Part shown: positions 29,203 through 39,681 of the stretch, in pieces
How the letters are laid out: each line of letters starts with the position of its first letter
Position numbering within the stretch: the first letter of the stretch is position 1
From: Ostreococcus lucimarinus
Taxonomy: Eukaryota
Length of the DNA stretch: 64,000 nucleotides
Strand: one strand, 5' to 3'
Assembly (NCBI GenBank): GCA_000092065.1
Contig: CP000585.1
Translations under genes and position numbers: made by a program
Notes under the pieces: generated by a model
Database searches by the model: none
What the model was told of the DNA's origin: nothing
What the model saw: only the letters and a program-made list of their open reading frames with translations

Positions 29203-31515
29203 CTACGTGTGAGGCGGGGGGCGAAGAAACTGCCGCGCGTGCGCGCTCAACTCGCCGGCGTTTTCGAAATCCGACGCCGAGACAAAGGCGTTGACGCGCT
29301 CGAGCTTGAGCAAACGCAACGCGTCGGCGTTCAAATCGAGATCGAAATCGTCGTGAAGTTTTGAAATCGTGCGCGTCAACGCGTCGACGTTTGCGAGATC
29401 GGTCTCGTAGGTCAAGTTCACGCACTCGCGCTGGTGCGCTCGCAAGACGCTCGCCGTCGCCTCGTACCATCGCTTGTCCTCTCGAATGAGATTTCTGAAC
29501 GTTTTCTCGATAAACTTCACCCGCACGTTCGCGGACGTGACGTTCGGATCGCGCGCGGTGATGTTTTCCGCGTCGAAAGGCTCGGCAGCCTCTCGAATCT
29601 GCTGGAACGGCGCGTCGCCGTTCACCGCACGCATCGACGACGCGTACATGTCGAGCTTGTTTTCGCGACTCAAGCACAACAGCACGGGGTCTTCCGTAGC
29701 GGCGTCCAAGATGGCGCTGAGAACATCTTCCGAATGTTTGCTCGTCTCGGGCGTTGAATGGATGTGCGCGCCGATGATGGATACGTACACCTTGTCCACG
29801 CCAGCCTCCCACGCTCGGCTCAATACTTCGTTGACGAACTCACCCGGATACGTCAGCGAGGCGTCAATCGTGGCATCCTTGACGCCGATGTCTTGCAAGT
29901 ACTTTCGGAGCTTTGAACGCCAAGACGTTTCGTCGTCTTTGTCGGGGAGTTCGTCCACCGACCACCAATCGCCAAGGGTGATGTAATTCGCAAAAAACGA
30001 ATCCGTTCGCACCTGGCCGTCTCGCTCCCACAACGTGGACGACGTCGGATGATTGGAAGACGTCGCAAGCGCTTCACCGAGAAGTGACGCGCCGCCGCGC
30101 AAAGGCGACGAAGCGAGCACGAGACGGGCTTTTTTATACACGCCCTCGGTTTCGTGCAATCGCACGCGCGTGACGAGCGAGCTCGTAGCCTCGGACGAGA
30201 GCACGCGAACGAAAGACAGCGCCCACTTGTGCACGAGATCTTCATCTGCCGGGATGTTCTTCTCGAGCCATTCCACCACCATGGCTTGTCGCTCTTGATT
30301 CGTGCACCCATCCTGCCAACTCGCGCCGTGAAACGAAAAGTGGTCGATAGCGTACGATTGCGGGTACGCGCTGGCGATCGACGTGCACGGAAGAGTCGTT
30401 TTCCAAAACGTCCCGTCCGCCTCCTCCACGAGCGCGTTTGAGAGCGACAACGGATTCCAATCATCGTTGCCAGATGTCACACGCCGCCACGTCTGCGTCA
30501 CGTACTTAGTGAACGACGATTTCGTACCATCTAAATCGCTCCCATCCACCGCCTTGCCGTTATTCATCATCCACCGCATGCCAGGATCGTTCTTGGCGTC
30601 TTCGTGCGTGACTTGCTTGACGCACGTATCGAACTCATTTTCGCCGCATCCGAGCGGGTACGCGACGTCGCGATCGAGCCTCAGTATCGTGTCTCTCAAA
30701 TCGTTCGCACGAATGATGTGCGACAACCACACAGGACCCGTGATCGCGTTCGCGATGCACCGCTTGCCGAAATCTATGTTTTGCAGGTATCCGTCCGAGG
30801 AGGTGTCGTTGAACAAACTTCGAAACACGCTCGCTCCGGGCGTGAGCGCGCCGAATATCCCAGCGCTAAAGAACCTCGAGTCCCCGGGGTCGGCCACCAT
30901 GAACACCTCCTTGTTCGCCCGCAACGTCTTATGAAACAACGGCGTGATGTCCTTGAACAACTCCACGTTCGTGTCCAAGTACAATCCGCCGTGACGAAAC
31001 AACACCTCGTACTTCATCAAATCCACCAACATCGAATACACGTTCGATCCCGTGAGTTGATGAAACGCCCGCCCGCGCTCGAGCGTCGCCAGCGTAATCG
31101 GAAAGTTCCTCTCATTAATGTCTCCCTCCGTCCACAGCCGCATCTCCCACCCAGCCGCCTCCAACACCCTTCGGTTGCGCTCGAAAATCATTCGCTTCAC
31201 CCCCGGCACCTCGCTCCCGAGCCAAATCTCGTGCGCCACGCGCACGAACGCCCCCGCGTCGCTCTGTTTCGCCAGCATCTCCTCCCTGGCCACCATCCCA
31301 CACACGCCCAGCGTCAGCATCGTCGCCACGACGATCGGATGCGTCGCCCACGTCGTCGTCGCGCGCAGCCAGCCGCGTCGTCGCTCGGGGTGTTGACGCG
31401 TCGTCGCGTCGCCGCGCTCGACGTCCGGCGCGTCATCGCGCGCGCGCGCGAGCAGCGCGAGCGACTCGTCGCCGCCGGCGATCGCCGCCGACCGCGCGCC
31501 GTCGCCGACGCCCAT
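29203..31515 (-). CDS. Large membrane-anchored glycosyltransferase with an N-terminal GT32-like (DXD sugar-binding) domain and an approximately 500-aa C-terminal extension of unknown function.
   Basis: TM anchor IVVATMLTLGVCGMVA. GT32 signature ...FHQLTGSNVYSMLVDLMKYEVLFRHGGLYLDTNVELFKDITPLF. The track start at 31611 is TTG. The first ATG is at 31515 (MGVGDGARS...). Confidence 0.65.
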   Translation of the reverse strand: MGVGDGARSAAIAGGDESLALLARARDDAPDVERGDATTRQHPERRRGWLRATTTWATHPIVVATMLTLGVCGMVAREEMLAKQSDAGAFVRVAHEIWLGSEVPGVKRMIFERNRRVLEAAGWEMRLWTEGDINERNFPITLATLERGRAFHQLTGSNVYSMLVDLMKYEVLFRHGGLYLDTNVELFKDITPLFHKTLRANKEVFMVADPGDSRFFSAGIFGALTPGASVFRSLFNDTSSDGYLQNIDFGKRCIANAITGPVWLSHIIRANDLRDTILRLDRDVAYPLGCGENEFDTCVKQVTHEDAKNDPGMRWMMNNGKAVDGSDLDGTKSSFTKYVTQTWRRVTSGNDDWNPLSLSNALVEEADGTFWKTTLPCTSIASAYPQSYAIDHFSFHGASWQDGCTNQERQAMVVEWLEKNIPADEDLVHKWALSFVRVLSSEATSSLVTRVRLHETEGVYKKARLVLASSPLRGGASLLGEALATSSNHPTSSTLWERDGQVRTDSFFANYITLGDWWSVDELPDKDDETSWRSKLRKYLQDIGVKDATIDASLTYPGEFVNEVLSRAWEAGVDKVYVSIIGAHIHSTPETSKHSEDVLSAILDAATEDPVLLCLSRENKLDMYASSMRAVNGDAPFQQIREAAEPFDAENITARDPNVTSANVRVKFIEKTFRNLIREDKRWYEATASVLRAHQRECVNLTYETDLANVDALTRTISKLHDDFDLDLNADALRLLKLERVNAFVSASDFENAGELSAHARQFLRPPPHT

Positions 31516-31825
31516 CGCCGCGTCGTCTGCCGTCCGCTCGCCGATGGTGTTACGCCGCGCGCGAACTTCGAGGTCGATACGAAACGCCGTCTTGGTTTGC
31601 GCACCATGCAAAAACGTCTCTTCGTCTTCCGAACGCGATCATCGCCCGCCGCGCGCCGCGCGCGCGGCGTCACACGCGCGCGCGCGACGACGCGATCGAT
31701 CGACGCGCGCGCGACGGACGCGCGCGGCGAACGCGCGCGCGGCGCGAGACGACGCGCGGCGCGACGTCGGGGACTCGAATTCGGACGGTTCGGTGAAAGC
31801 CGCGCGCGGCGAGGCGTCGGTGACG

Positions 31826-34800
31826 ATGGCGCGGGCGAGGCGTCGCGCGATCGTCGCGGTGCTGGCGTGGGCGTGCGCGAACGCGATCGCGGCGCGCGCG
31901 GAGGATCCCGGGACGCACTGCACGACGAACGCGAGCGATCTGGCGCCGTGCGCGAGCGGTGGGGGATCGGCGTGCTGCGCGGCGATTACGGAGTGGAACG
32001 CGAAGGGGTGCTTTTGCGACGGCGTGGCCACCGCGCTCGACGCCACGCAAAGCGCCGGGGCTGTTTCGTTCGCGAGCGCGTGTTCGGTGACAAGAACGAC
32101 GGCGAGCGGTGACGCGATCTGCGTGGCGGCGCTGGCGAACCAGGGTGGTTCTTCTTCTTCGTCGTCGGGATCTCCGCCCGCGACGCCGGCGCCGCCGGCG
32201 GGTCCCGCCGCGCCCACGGATGTGTACGCCCTTCGCACCGGTGCGAACGAGATCACGCTCGCGTGGTCCGCGAGCACGTCGAGCGATGTCGTGGCGTACG
32301 CGATCGATGCGTGCGATTCGGCGAATCTCGCGACGTGCGCTACGCCGACGCGAACCACCGTCGCGGCGTCCGCCGGGACGAGCAAAGTCTTCTCAGGGGT
32401 GTCCGCTCCGAACACCATGGTGTACCGCATCAAGTCTGCGACGCTGACGGAAGCGGGTGCGTCTTCGTCACCGACGGCGATTCCCGTGATCGACGCGCGC
32501 GATTCGATCCTCGTCTCAAACGACGCGTCGACGAGTTCTTCGTCGTCGAGTTGCGGCTCCTTCGCGACGCCGTGCGATTCCGTTGGATCGGCGCTCGCCG
32601 CGACGACATCCTCGCCGTCGACGCCGCGATCGATCTTGGTACTCCCTGGCACACACACATCTTCGTGCGGATCCACGCTCGGGTCTACGGGCGATGTCAC
32701 GGTCACCTCAGCGCTCGGGGCGTCTCGCACCGTTTTGGATTGCGGCGAAAACTCTCGAGGTTTCGAAATCTCCGGGTCAGACGCCATCGAAATCTCTGGT
32801 CTCACGGTAAAGAAAGGCCTCGCCACCACGGGTGGTGGATTTAAAATTACGAACGCCGATTCGGTGACGATTGACAGTGTCGACGTCGTCGAATGCAAAT
32901 CGCAAACCATGGGCGGCGGCTTGCACGCGATCAACTCCACGCCGACGATTCGACATTCTCGATTCATCGGCAACATCGGTGGGAACGATCGAAGCGGCAA
33001 CAACGTCCGTGGAGCCGGCGCGTACTTTCAGACGTCTTCGCACGCTTCGTTGCAAAACGTGAGCTTCATCGGAAACGAACTGATGGATAGTGGCAAGGGC
33101 GCCGGATTGAACGTCGACGAGAACTCAAACGTCACCGCCGTTGGATTAACGCTCAAGGACAACAAGGCTTTCTTCGCCGCCGGCCTCTTTGTCGGTAGTG
33201 GCTGTCATGGTAACTTTTCAAATATTGTCGCCACGGGCAACGAAGCGTCGTACGGGGCTGCTATCGGTGTCTTTGCCGGTGGTAGACCAAAGTTCAACGG
33301 CGGCACCGTGTCAAAGAATACCGCCACTCTCTGGGGCGCGGGCGTCATCGTGTACACCACCGCGTCCGCCGAATTCAACGGATTCAATTTCACAGAAAAT
33401 GAAGCCGAAATCGGCGGTGGTGTCTTCATGTACTCCCAAAGCTCGGCCAAGATGTATAACTCGCGCGTGTCTTCGAACGTCGTTTCCAAGCACGGCGCCG
33501 GGATTCGCGTCGAGGACCGCGCCGACCTCGCGTTGGTGAGCACCGAAGTTTCGCACAACGTCGCGAATCTCGGCGGTGGTGGCGCACACGTCACTACCGG
33601 CTCGCTACTTTCCGTGAGGGGTGGTAAGTTCGAGAACAACACCGCTCCGAACGGTGCCGCATTCATGTGCGAAGGCGGCGCTCACGGCGGAGGCGAAATC
33701 GTCGGCTCTGGCGTCAGCGTCAAATCCAACGTCGCTTCTGGTCTCGGCGGCGCTATGTATCTCGCAGGTGCGTGCGATGTTCAAGTTAAAGACGCATCTG
33801 AGATTGAATCCAACTCCGCTGTGAGTGGCTCGAGCTGCCGTTCGTTGTACGCCGTCGGTGGAGGCGCTTTTGCGCTCGTACCAAACACCGAGAACGCGCC
33901 GACGAAGCTCGCAATCGAAGGTTCAACGATCGTTCGCAGAAACACTGCGCCAACTGGTGGAGCGATTTTCGTCATTCCTGCATCGACTTCTGCCGATGTG
34001 AACTCTCCGCGGGGAGCGCAAATCACCGTGACATCATCGACGTTGTCTAACAACGAAGCCAACGGCTGCGGTTCAACCGTACCCGGTCGCGGTGGGGCAA
34101 TGTTTGTGGCTGCGGGCAACCACACGCTACTGCAAGCCTCACTCAGTGAAAACACGGCGGACAAAGATGGTGGAGCGGTGTTCATCGCGAGCTTCGGCGC
34201 GCTGACGATGGATTCTTGCACCACGAGCGACAACACAGTGTCTCGGTTCGGCGGCGCCGTGGCGCACGCTGGCGCCAAACTCAAAGTCACTGCCGGTGTG
34301 ATCGAATCCAACAACGCGGGCAGCGGTGGTGGCGTGTACATCGGTGCTGATAATACCTTGCCTATGTTTGCTCTGATTGGCACGTCGTTAAAGACGAACT
34401 CGGCGACTCGCGGTGGGGCAATGTATTTCGCCGCAAATCTCGCGCTCGGAATGCTGAGTCAGCTCTCCCTCGATCGCAACGTCGCGACAGCTGGGGCTGA
34501 TTCGTACTGGCTTCGCTCGTCGAGTGCGAACGCGGAGTTTACGTGTACTGGATGCGCTTACGCTCACGCCAGTGGCTCGAGTACCGGTGTCATCGCGACC
34601 GAGGCTCTCGCGCTGACGACCGCCAGAGCGATCGCTTCGCGAATTCAATCTGGAAAAGTCACGGACGATTACTCCGTTCAGCTCGTGGACTTCTACTCGA
34701 ACCCCGTGACGAGTGAGATCGCGCCGACAGAGTGTACGATTGCGCCCGTGACGAGCTCTTCTACGCTCGCGCGGCATGAACTCGAAATCAGTGGCTCGAC

Positions 34801-36496
34801 GTCTGCTGCAACGAGCGCCGGCGTTGCGACATTCAGCGGATCCATCTTGCGCGGTGAGCTGAACGAGGAGTACACCGCCAAAGTTACGTGCACGCGTGAC
34901 ACCACTATGTCGCTCACGGACATCACTCCGCTCTCGCTACCTGTTCGTATCGGCCTCTGTTCCCCAGGCTCTGAACCGCTCTTCGTGCAGCACGCCGACG
35001 GAGTCTCCGTCGCTCGTGAATGCACGGTCTGCAAAGATCGGACGTTCAACTTCGACGGCATTGCGTGCCGCGCGTGTCCTGAAGGTGGCGACTGTCGAGG
35101 TGGCACTTCTCTCGATGCCCTGCCCGGTTGGTGGCGTTCTTCCGATTCCGCCGAAGTTCTATTCTCATGCCCGATTCGCGAATCGTGCGTCGCCGGCAAC
35201 GTCACCGGCGCGAACGCGTGTGACGAAGGATACGAAGGTCCAGTGTGTGCGCTCTGCGCCGAAGGTTACCGGCACTGGGGTGGAAAATGCTCAAAGTGCG
35301 GCTCCAACGCCTCGTTGGCGATGCCCACGCTCGGAATCATGGCGTTTATTGCGTTTTTGGTGTACATCTTCCGCAAGCCTCTCAAGCAAGCCGTCGGCAC
35401 GGTTATCTTCGCCGCTCTGCTCTTCGTCGCGCAAATTGTGGGCTTGCTCAAAGAGTACGACATCTCTTGGCCTAAATCTATCGGTCGATTGGTTGAAGTG
35501 TTGGATATCACGAACTTCAACATGGAGTCCCTCACGCCCGGGTGCTCATCGAGCAAATCCAACTACTACTCGACGTACATCACCGCAGTCGTCGTGCCGC
35601 CCGCCGTCACGTTATTCTGTGTACTCGTGTACGTCCTCATGGGCGTCATTGAACGTCGCGCGCCTTTCTATCGCTTACGCGAAATGGCGTGCGATGTGAG
35701 AACGAAGTGCCGTCGCAATGCCACTTGGCTCGTCGTGCTTTCGTACTCGGGCGTCGCGAAGACGGTGTTGCAACTCTACAATCAGCGCCATCTCGATGTG
35801 GGCACGTACTTGAGACGGGACTACTCCATCGACGCCTCCAACACGGAGCACATGGTTTATCGCATCACCGGCTACGTCGCGCTGATCGTGTATCCGATCG
35901 GTATTCCGCTCGTCATCACGTACATTCTCGTGCGCAATCGCAAACGACTCGACGATCCCTCGGTGCAGGCCAACTTCGGATTCCTCTACAACACCGTTCG
36001 CGAAGAAGTCCCTTTCTGGGAACTCACCGGGCTATTCTTGAAGTTTATGCTCGCCGCGATTCCAGTGTTTGCGAACGAACGCCTGCTGCGCATGAAGGCC
36101 AGTGCGTTCGACACAACGAGCGACTTCAACGGCGCGACGCAACTCTCGCTCGCCCAGCTCTTCATCGGCGTCGTGTTCATCGCCACGATCTGCGTGCGAC
36201 CGTACAGAAAGACACTGCACAACGTGCAATTTTCCCTCGCGATCGGGATCGTATTTGCGTTCGTCACCCTCAGTGCGAACGTTTTCAACGCCGTGAACAC
36301 GTACACGGAGCGTGAAAAAACCGGCGTCGCCGGCGTCGCCGTGGCGCTCGCCGCGGGTGCCCTGTTTGCCTCCGTCGTCAACTCGTTCCGCGCGGGCGAG
36401 TTCAAGCCCGCCTCCAAGGGCGACGCCGGCAACGACAGCGACGACAGCGCCATGAGCGCCGGCGTCGACGTCACCAAGCTCAAGTCAACCGTTTAA
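31826..36496 (+). CDS. Giant (about 1556 aa) cell-surface protein with four parts: a signal peptide; a right-handed beta-helix region with Chlamydia-PMP-like GGA[IMV]/FxxN repeats; a Cys-rich GCC2_GCC3/ephrin-receptor-like module; and a C-terminal region with about 9 TM helices.
   Basis: Signal MARARRRAIVAVLAWACANAIAARA (ATG 31826). Repeats TGGAIFVIPAS, GGAMYLAG, GGAMFVAAGNHT, GGAVFIASFG, GGAMYFAANL, FENNTAP, FNGFNFTENEAE. Cys module CTVCKDRTFNFDGIACRACPEGGDCRGG...CDEGYEGPVCALCAEGYRHWGGKCSKCG. Then multiple hydrophobic helices (MAFIAFLVYIF, VIFAALLFVAQIVGLL, ...). Confidence 0.75.
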   Translation: MARARRRAIVAVLAWACANAIAARAEDPGTHCTTNASDLAPCASGGGSACCAAITEWNAKGCFCDGVATALDATQSAGAVSFASACSVTRTTASGDAICVAALANQGGSSSSSSGSPPATPAPPAGPAAPTDVYALRTGANEITLAWSASTSSDVVAYAIDACDSANLATCATPTRTTVAASAGTSKVFSGVSAPNTMVYRIKSATLTEAGASSSPTAIPVIDARDSILVSNDASTSSSSSSCGSFATPCDSVGSALAATTSSPSTPRSILVLPGTHTSSCGSTLGSTGDVTVTSALGASRTVLDCGENSRGFEISGSDAIEISGLTVKKGLATTGGGFKITNADSVTIDSVDVVECKSQTMGGGLHAINSTPTIRHSRFIGNIGGNDRSGNNVRGAGAYFQTSSHASLQNVSFIGNELMDSGKGAGLNVDENSNVTAVGLTLKDNKAFFAAGLFVGSGCHGNFSNIVATGNEASYGAAIGVFAGGRPKFNGGTVSKNTATLWGAGVIVYTTASAEFNGFNFTENEAEIGGGVFMYSQSSAKMYNSRVSSNVVSKHGAGIRVEDRADLALVSTEVSHNVANLGGGGAHVTTGSLLSVRGGKFENNTAPNGAAFMCEGGAHGGGEIVGSGVSVKSNVASGLGGAMYLAGACDVQVKDASEIESNSAVSGSSCRSLYAVGGGAFALVPNTENAPTKLAIEGSTIVRRNTAPTGGAIFVIPASTSADVNSPRGAQITVTSSTLSNNEANGCGSTVPGRGGAMFVAAGNHTLLQASLSENTADKDGGAVFIASFGALTMDSCTTSDNTVSRFGGAVAHAGAKLKVTAGVIESNNAGSGGGVYIGADNTLPMFALIGTSLKTNSATRGGAMYFAANLALGMLSQLSLDRNVATAGADSYWLRSSSANAEFTCTGCAYAHASGSSTGVIATEALALTTARAIASRIQSGKVTDDYSVQLVDFYSNPVTSEIAPTECTIAPVTSSSTLARHELEISGSTSAATSAGVATFSGSILRGELNEEYTAKVTCTRDTTMSLTDITPLSLPVRIGLCSPGSEPLFVQHADGVSVARECTVCKDRTFNFDGIACRACPEGGDCRGGTSLDALPGWWRSSDSAEVLFSCPIRESCVAGNVTGANACDEGYEGPVCALCAEGYRHWGGKCSKCGSNASLAMPTLGIMAFIAFLVYIFRKPLKQAVGTVIFAALLFVAQIVGLLKEYDISWPKSIGRLVEVLDITNFNMESLTPGCSSSKSNYYSTYITAVVVPPAVTLFCVLVYVLMGVIERRAPFYRLREMACDVRTKCRRNATWLVVLSYSGVAKTVLQLYNQRHLDVGTYLRRDYSIDASNTEHMVYRITGYVALIVYPIGIPLVITYILVRNRKRLDDPSVQANFGFLYNTVREEVPFWELTGLFLKFMLAAIPVFANERLLRMKASAFDTTSDFNGATQLSLAQLFIGVVFIATICVRPYRKTLHNVQFSLAIGIVFAFVTLSANVFNAVNTYTEREKTGVAGVAVALAAGALFASVVNSFRAGEFKPASKGDAGNDSDDSAMSAGVDVTKLKSTV

Positions 36497-36771
36497 TCGT
36501 CCGACGAAGCGCTCCTTTATCCTCGGAGCCGTCGTCGCGACGCCGCAGAGACGACGTCCCGCGTCGACGATCGTCGACGCCGCTCGCGCGACGCGCGCGC
36601 CGCGCCGCACCGCGCCCGCGATAAATTTACTTTCATCAATAAGCGCGCCCACGGCCGCATTTTACGCTGTAACACCGACGTCTCCGGTCACGTTTACGCC
36701 TCGCCGCGAAACCGCTCTGGAAAACGCTCCGCCGCGCGCCGGCGCCTCCGCAGATCCTCGCGCGCGCCGCC

Positions 36772-37194
36772 ATGGATCGCCTCATGCGCGACCTGCGCGA
36801 TCTAGACGACGACATACGGCAAAACGCGAGCGCGTCGGCGTCGCCGTCCTCGCCCGCGCGCGCGTCCGCGCGTCGTCGCGGCGCGTCGCCGTCGTCGTCG
36901 AGCGGGGTCAAGTCCAAGTCGGGGACGCCCGAGCCCACGAGCGCGCTCGCGCCGCGCACGCCCGCGCGCGACGCGACGTACGACGGACCGTGGTCGCCGG
37001 TCCCGTGCGCGACGCTGCGCGACGCGCGCTCGGCGCTGGAGACGGCGGCGCGGGAGCTGAGCGCGCTCGAGGCGACCGAGTTGGCGCGCGCGAACGCGAG
37101 CGGAGCGCTGCGAGCGCCGCGAGGGAAGAGCGTCGACGCGAGCGAGCGCGTCGCGGGGCGAACGGCGACGCGCGGCGCGGCGCTGGGACGGTAG
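36772..37194 (+). CDS. Hypothetical low-complexity protein (140 aa).
   Basis: ATG ORF MDRLMRDLRDLDDDIRQN...; Ser/Ala/Arg-rich; no family recognised. The region is extremely GC-rich with Arg-rich ORFs in every frame. Confidence 0.25.
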   Translation: MDRLMRDLRDLDDDIRQNASASASPSSPARASARRRGASPSSSSGVKSKSGTPEPTSALAPRTPARDATYDGPWSPVPCATLRDARSALETAARELSALEATELARANASGALRAPRGKSVDASERVAGRTATRGAALGR

Positions 37195-37329
37195 CGTCGC
37201 GCGCGCGCCATCATTTTTTGTCGCACCGACGACGGCTCGCCGCGGGGCTCGAGGCGTCGACGACTTGTAACGATACGATACCACACACACTCGCGCCTCG
37301 ACGCGCGCGGCTCGGCGGTCGACGTCGAC

Positions 37330-38118
37330 ATGGCGTCCGCGACGATGGCGTCGACCGCGTCGACGCGCGCGCGCGACGCGAGACCGCGGCGACGCGCGTC
37401 GGGACGGCGCGCGACGCGAGCTTCGGGACGCGAGCTGGCGCGAGCGTCCCGAGGCGAAAGCGACCCGGACGACGCGCGCGACGCGCCGGCGGTCGCGTCG
37501 ACGTCGCGTCGCGTCGCGTGCGCGGCGTTGCTGCTGGCGACGCGCGCCGGACGCGCGCGCGCGGCGACGGATGGATCTCGGGCGGCGCTGGAAGAGGTGC
37601 GCGCGGCGCGCGAGGACGTCGCGACGGCCAGAGCGGCGCTCGGCGACGTCGACGCGGACGCCGACGCGAGCGCGGACGCGCCGTCGGTGTCGAAGCCGTT
37701 GCCTTTGAAGGAAATCGCGGCCGCGCTGAACACGAGCGCGGTGAAGAATTTGGAGCGCAACGCCGTGGCGCTGGACGCCGTCGCGAAGGCGAGGCCGCTC
37801 GAGGACTGGGAACGCGAGGCGTGGCGAGGCGTGCGCGAGGATGAATGGTTGACGCAGAGTCAAACGACGACGCTTCCCATGGCAAAACGTCCGAATGACT
37901 TCTTGTGCTTCGTGTTCTCGTGCTACAACGATCCCAGGGCGCCGGCGAGCACGGAAGTTTTATTGACGATGCGCTTGGCCAAGGACGGCGTCGCGATGGG
38001 TCAACGGGGTGACAAGCGCATCACCGATCTCGGTCTCGCTGCGTCTCTGGATGACGTTTTAGAAAAATTAGACGCCTATTTGGCATTTGCGTCGAAATTC
38101 GTCGAAGCGGGCGAGTAG
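37330..38118 (+). CDS. Hypothetical protein with a transit-peptide-like N-terminus and a twin-arginine-like hydrophobic segment. It is possibly targeted to the thylakoid lumen.
   Basis: ATG at 37330. MASATMASTASTRARDARPRRR...SRRVACAALLLATRAGRARAA, followed by a more complex C-terminal half ...NDFLCFVFSCYNDPRAPASTEVLLTMRLAKDG...LDDVLEKLDAYLAFASKFVEAGE. Confidence 0.4.
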   Translation: MASATMASTASTRARDARPRRRASGRRATRASGRELARASRGESDPDDARDAPAVASTSRRVACAALLLATRAGRARAATDGSRAALEEVRAAREDVATARAALGDVDADADASADAPSVSKPLPLKEIAAALNTSAVKNLERNAVALDAVAKARPLEDWEREAWRGVREDEWLTQSQTTTLPMAKRPNDFLCFVFSCYNDPRAPASTEVLLTMRLAKDGVAMGQRGDKRITDLGLAASLDDVLEKLDAYLAFASKFVEAGE

Positions 38119-38250
38119 GATTGATGCGGGTCGATGGCGTCGCGTCGCCGACGCCGTCGCCGACGCCGACGCCGACGGTTAATATCACGAGACGCGCCTC
38201 TGTACGACACATCCACGCGCGCGAGCGCGCGCGATTTCGAACACACAGCG

Positions 38251-39681
38251 ATGTTTGAAGTTCTAAACGTTCCTCTCGCGTTCGCGTTCGCGTGCTTTCG
38301 TCCGAAACGAATGAGCAAACCGACGACGTCCCGCTCGCCGCGCCCCGCACACGCCGCCTCCGACCGGTCCTCCATGTCTCGCTCCATCGTCGTCGTCGGC
38401 GGTGGTAACGCCGCGGGCTATCTCGTCCGCGCGTTGGTGAGCGCCGATCCGACCCTGGGCGCGCGAACGCTCGTCATCGGTGCCGAGGACGTCGCGCCGT
38501 ACGAGCGTCCCGCGCTCACCAAAGGATTCCTGCACAAAGAAAGCCCGCCGCGTCTGCCCGGTTTCCACACCTGCGTCGGCGGCGGCGGCGAGCGACAAAC
38601 GCCAGAGTGGTACGAACAGCACGGGGTGGAACTGAGGCTGAACACGACGGTGACGGCGGCGGATTTCAAGAGCCGTACGGTGACGACGAGCGCGGGCGAG
38701 TCGATCGGCTACGAAACGTTGGTCCTCGCCACGGGATGCGGCGTCATTCGGCTTCCCGAAGCCATCGGGGGGACGTTACCGGGAGTTCACTACGTGCGGA
38801 ACAACGCCGATGGACTCGCGCTCGTGGAAGCGATGGACAAGGCGACGAAGGCGGTTGTCGTCGGCGGCGGGTACGTCGGTTTGGAAGTCGCGGCGTCGTG
38901 CGCCACGCGCGGATTGAAGCCGGAGGTGGTGATGATGGAGCCGCACGTCATGGCGAGGCTTTGGAACGCCGATATCGCGCAGCATTACGAGCGATTGTAC
39001 GAAACTCGGGGTACGACGTTTCACAGGTCGAGTAAGCTCAAGGCAATTTTGGCCGACGCCGACGGCAAGGCGCGCGGGATTGAATTAGAGTCTGGCGCGG
39101 TGATCGACGCCGATTTAGTCGTCGTGGGCGTCGGCGCGACCGCGCCCGTGCCTTTCACCGGACTGGACGCCCCCGAAGGACGCGTGGGTGGGATCAAGGT
39201 GGACTCGCGATTCCGCGCTTCTGGCGCGGACGTCGCGCCCGGTAGCGTGTACGCCATCGGCGACATCGCGGCGTTCCCACTCAAGCTCGCCGACAACGAG
39301 ATCGTCCGCATGGAACACGTCAAGCACGCGCGCGACAGCGCCACCTTGGTCGGTAACATCATCGCCGGCAAATCCGACGACGAGTACGATTACACGCCCT
39401 TCTTTTACAGTCGCGTCTTCGAGCATCCCGGCACCGAGCGCGCCGTCAACTGGGTCTTCCACGGCTTACAGCGCGGTGAAATCATCACCATAGGCAATCT
39501 CGACCCCACGCTCGCCGCGTTCTGGATTGACGACGGCAAGTGCGTCGGCATCATGCTCGAATCCGGCGCCCCCGAGCGCGTCGCCGCGCTCGCCGCCGCT
39601 GTTCGCGCCCGCAAATCCGTCGACGTCTCCGCGCTCCGCGCGTGCGCTTCCGTCGACGACGCCCTCGCGTTGGTCCTTTAA
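38251..39681 (+). CDS. MDAR: Monodehydroascorbate reductase (MDAR/MDHAR), probably organelle-targeted.
   Basis: SIVVVGGGNAAGYLVRALV...YERPALTKGFL...GGGYVGLEVAA...AIGDIAAFP; class-I pyridine nucleotide-disulfide oxidoreductase of the MDAR type. The track ORF starts at 38134 with poly-Arg. ATG candidates are 38251 (MFEVL...) and 38311 (MSKPTTS...). Confidence 0.85.
   Translation: MFEVLNVPLAFAFACFRPKRMSKPTTSRSPRPAHAASDRSSMSRSIVVVGGGNAAGYLVRALVSADPTLGARTLVIGAEDVAPYERPALTKGFLHKESPPRLPGFHTCVGGGGERQTPEWYEQHGVELRLNTTVTAADFKSRTVTTSAGESIGYETLVLATGCGVIRLPEAIGGTLPGVHYVRNNADGLALVEAMDKATKAVVVGGGYVGLEVAASCATRGLKPEVVMMEPHVMARLWNADIAQHYERLYETRGTTFHRSSKLKAILADADGKARGIELESGAVIDADLVVVGVGATAPVPFTGLDAPEGRVGGIKVDSRFRASGADVAPGSVYAIGDIAAFPLKLADNEIVRMEHVKHARDSATLVGNIIAGKSDDEYDYTPFFYSRVFEHPGTERAVNWVFHGLQRGEIITIGNLDPTLAAFWIDDGKCVGIMLESGAPERVAALAAAVRARKSVDVSALRACASVDDALALVL

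Noticed and set aside
36500-37330. A real gene on the minus strand (tracks 36636..37760 / 36802..37863 / 37211..37885).
   Set aside because: All three overlapping frames are R/A/S-rich with no domain. The region is extreme-GC DNA between the PMP-like gene and the MDAR gene. The plus-strand models have ATG starts and a non-repetitive C-terminal half, so they were preferred, though with low confidence.
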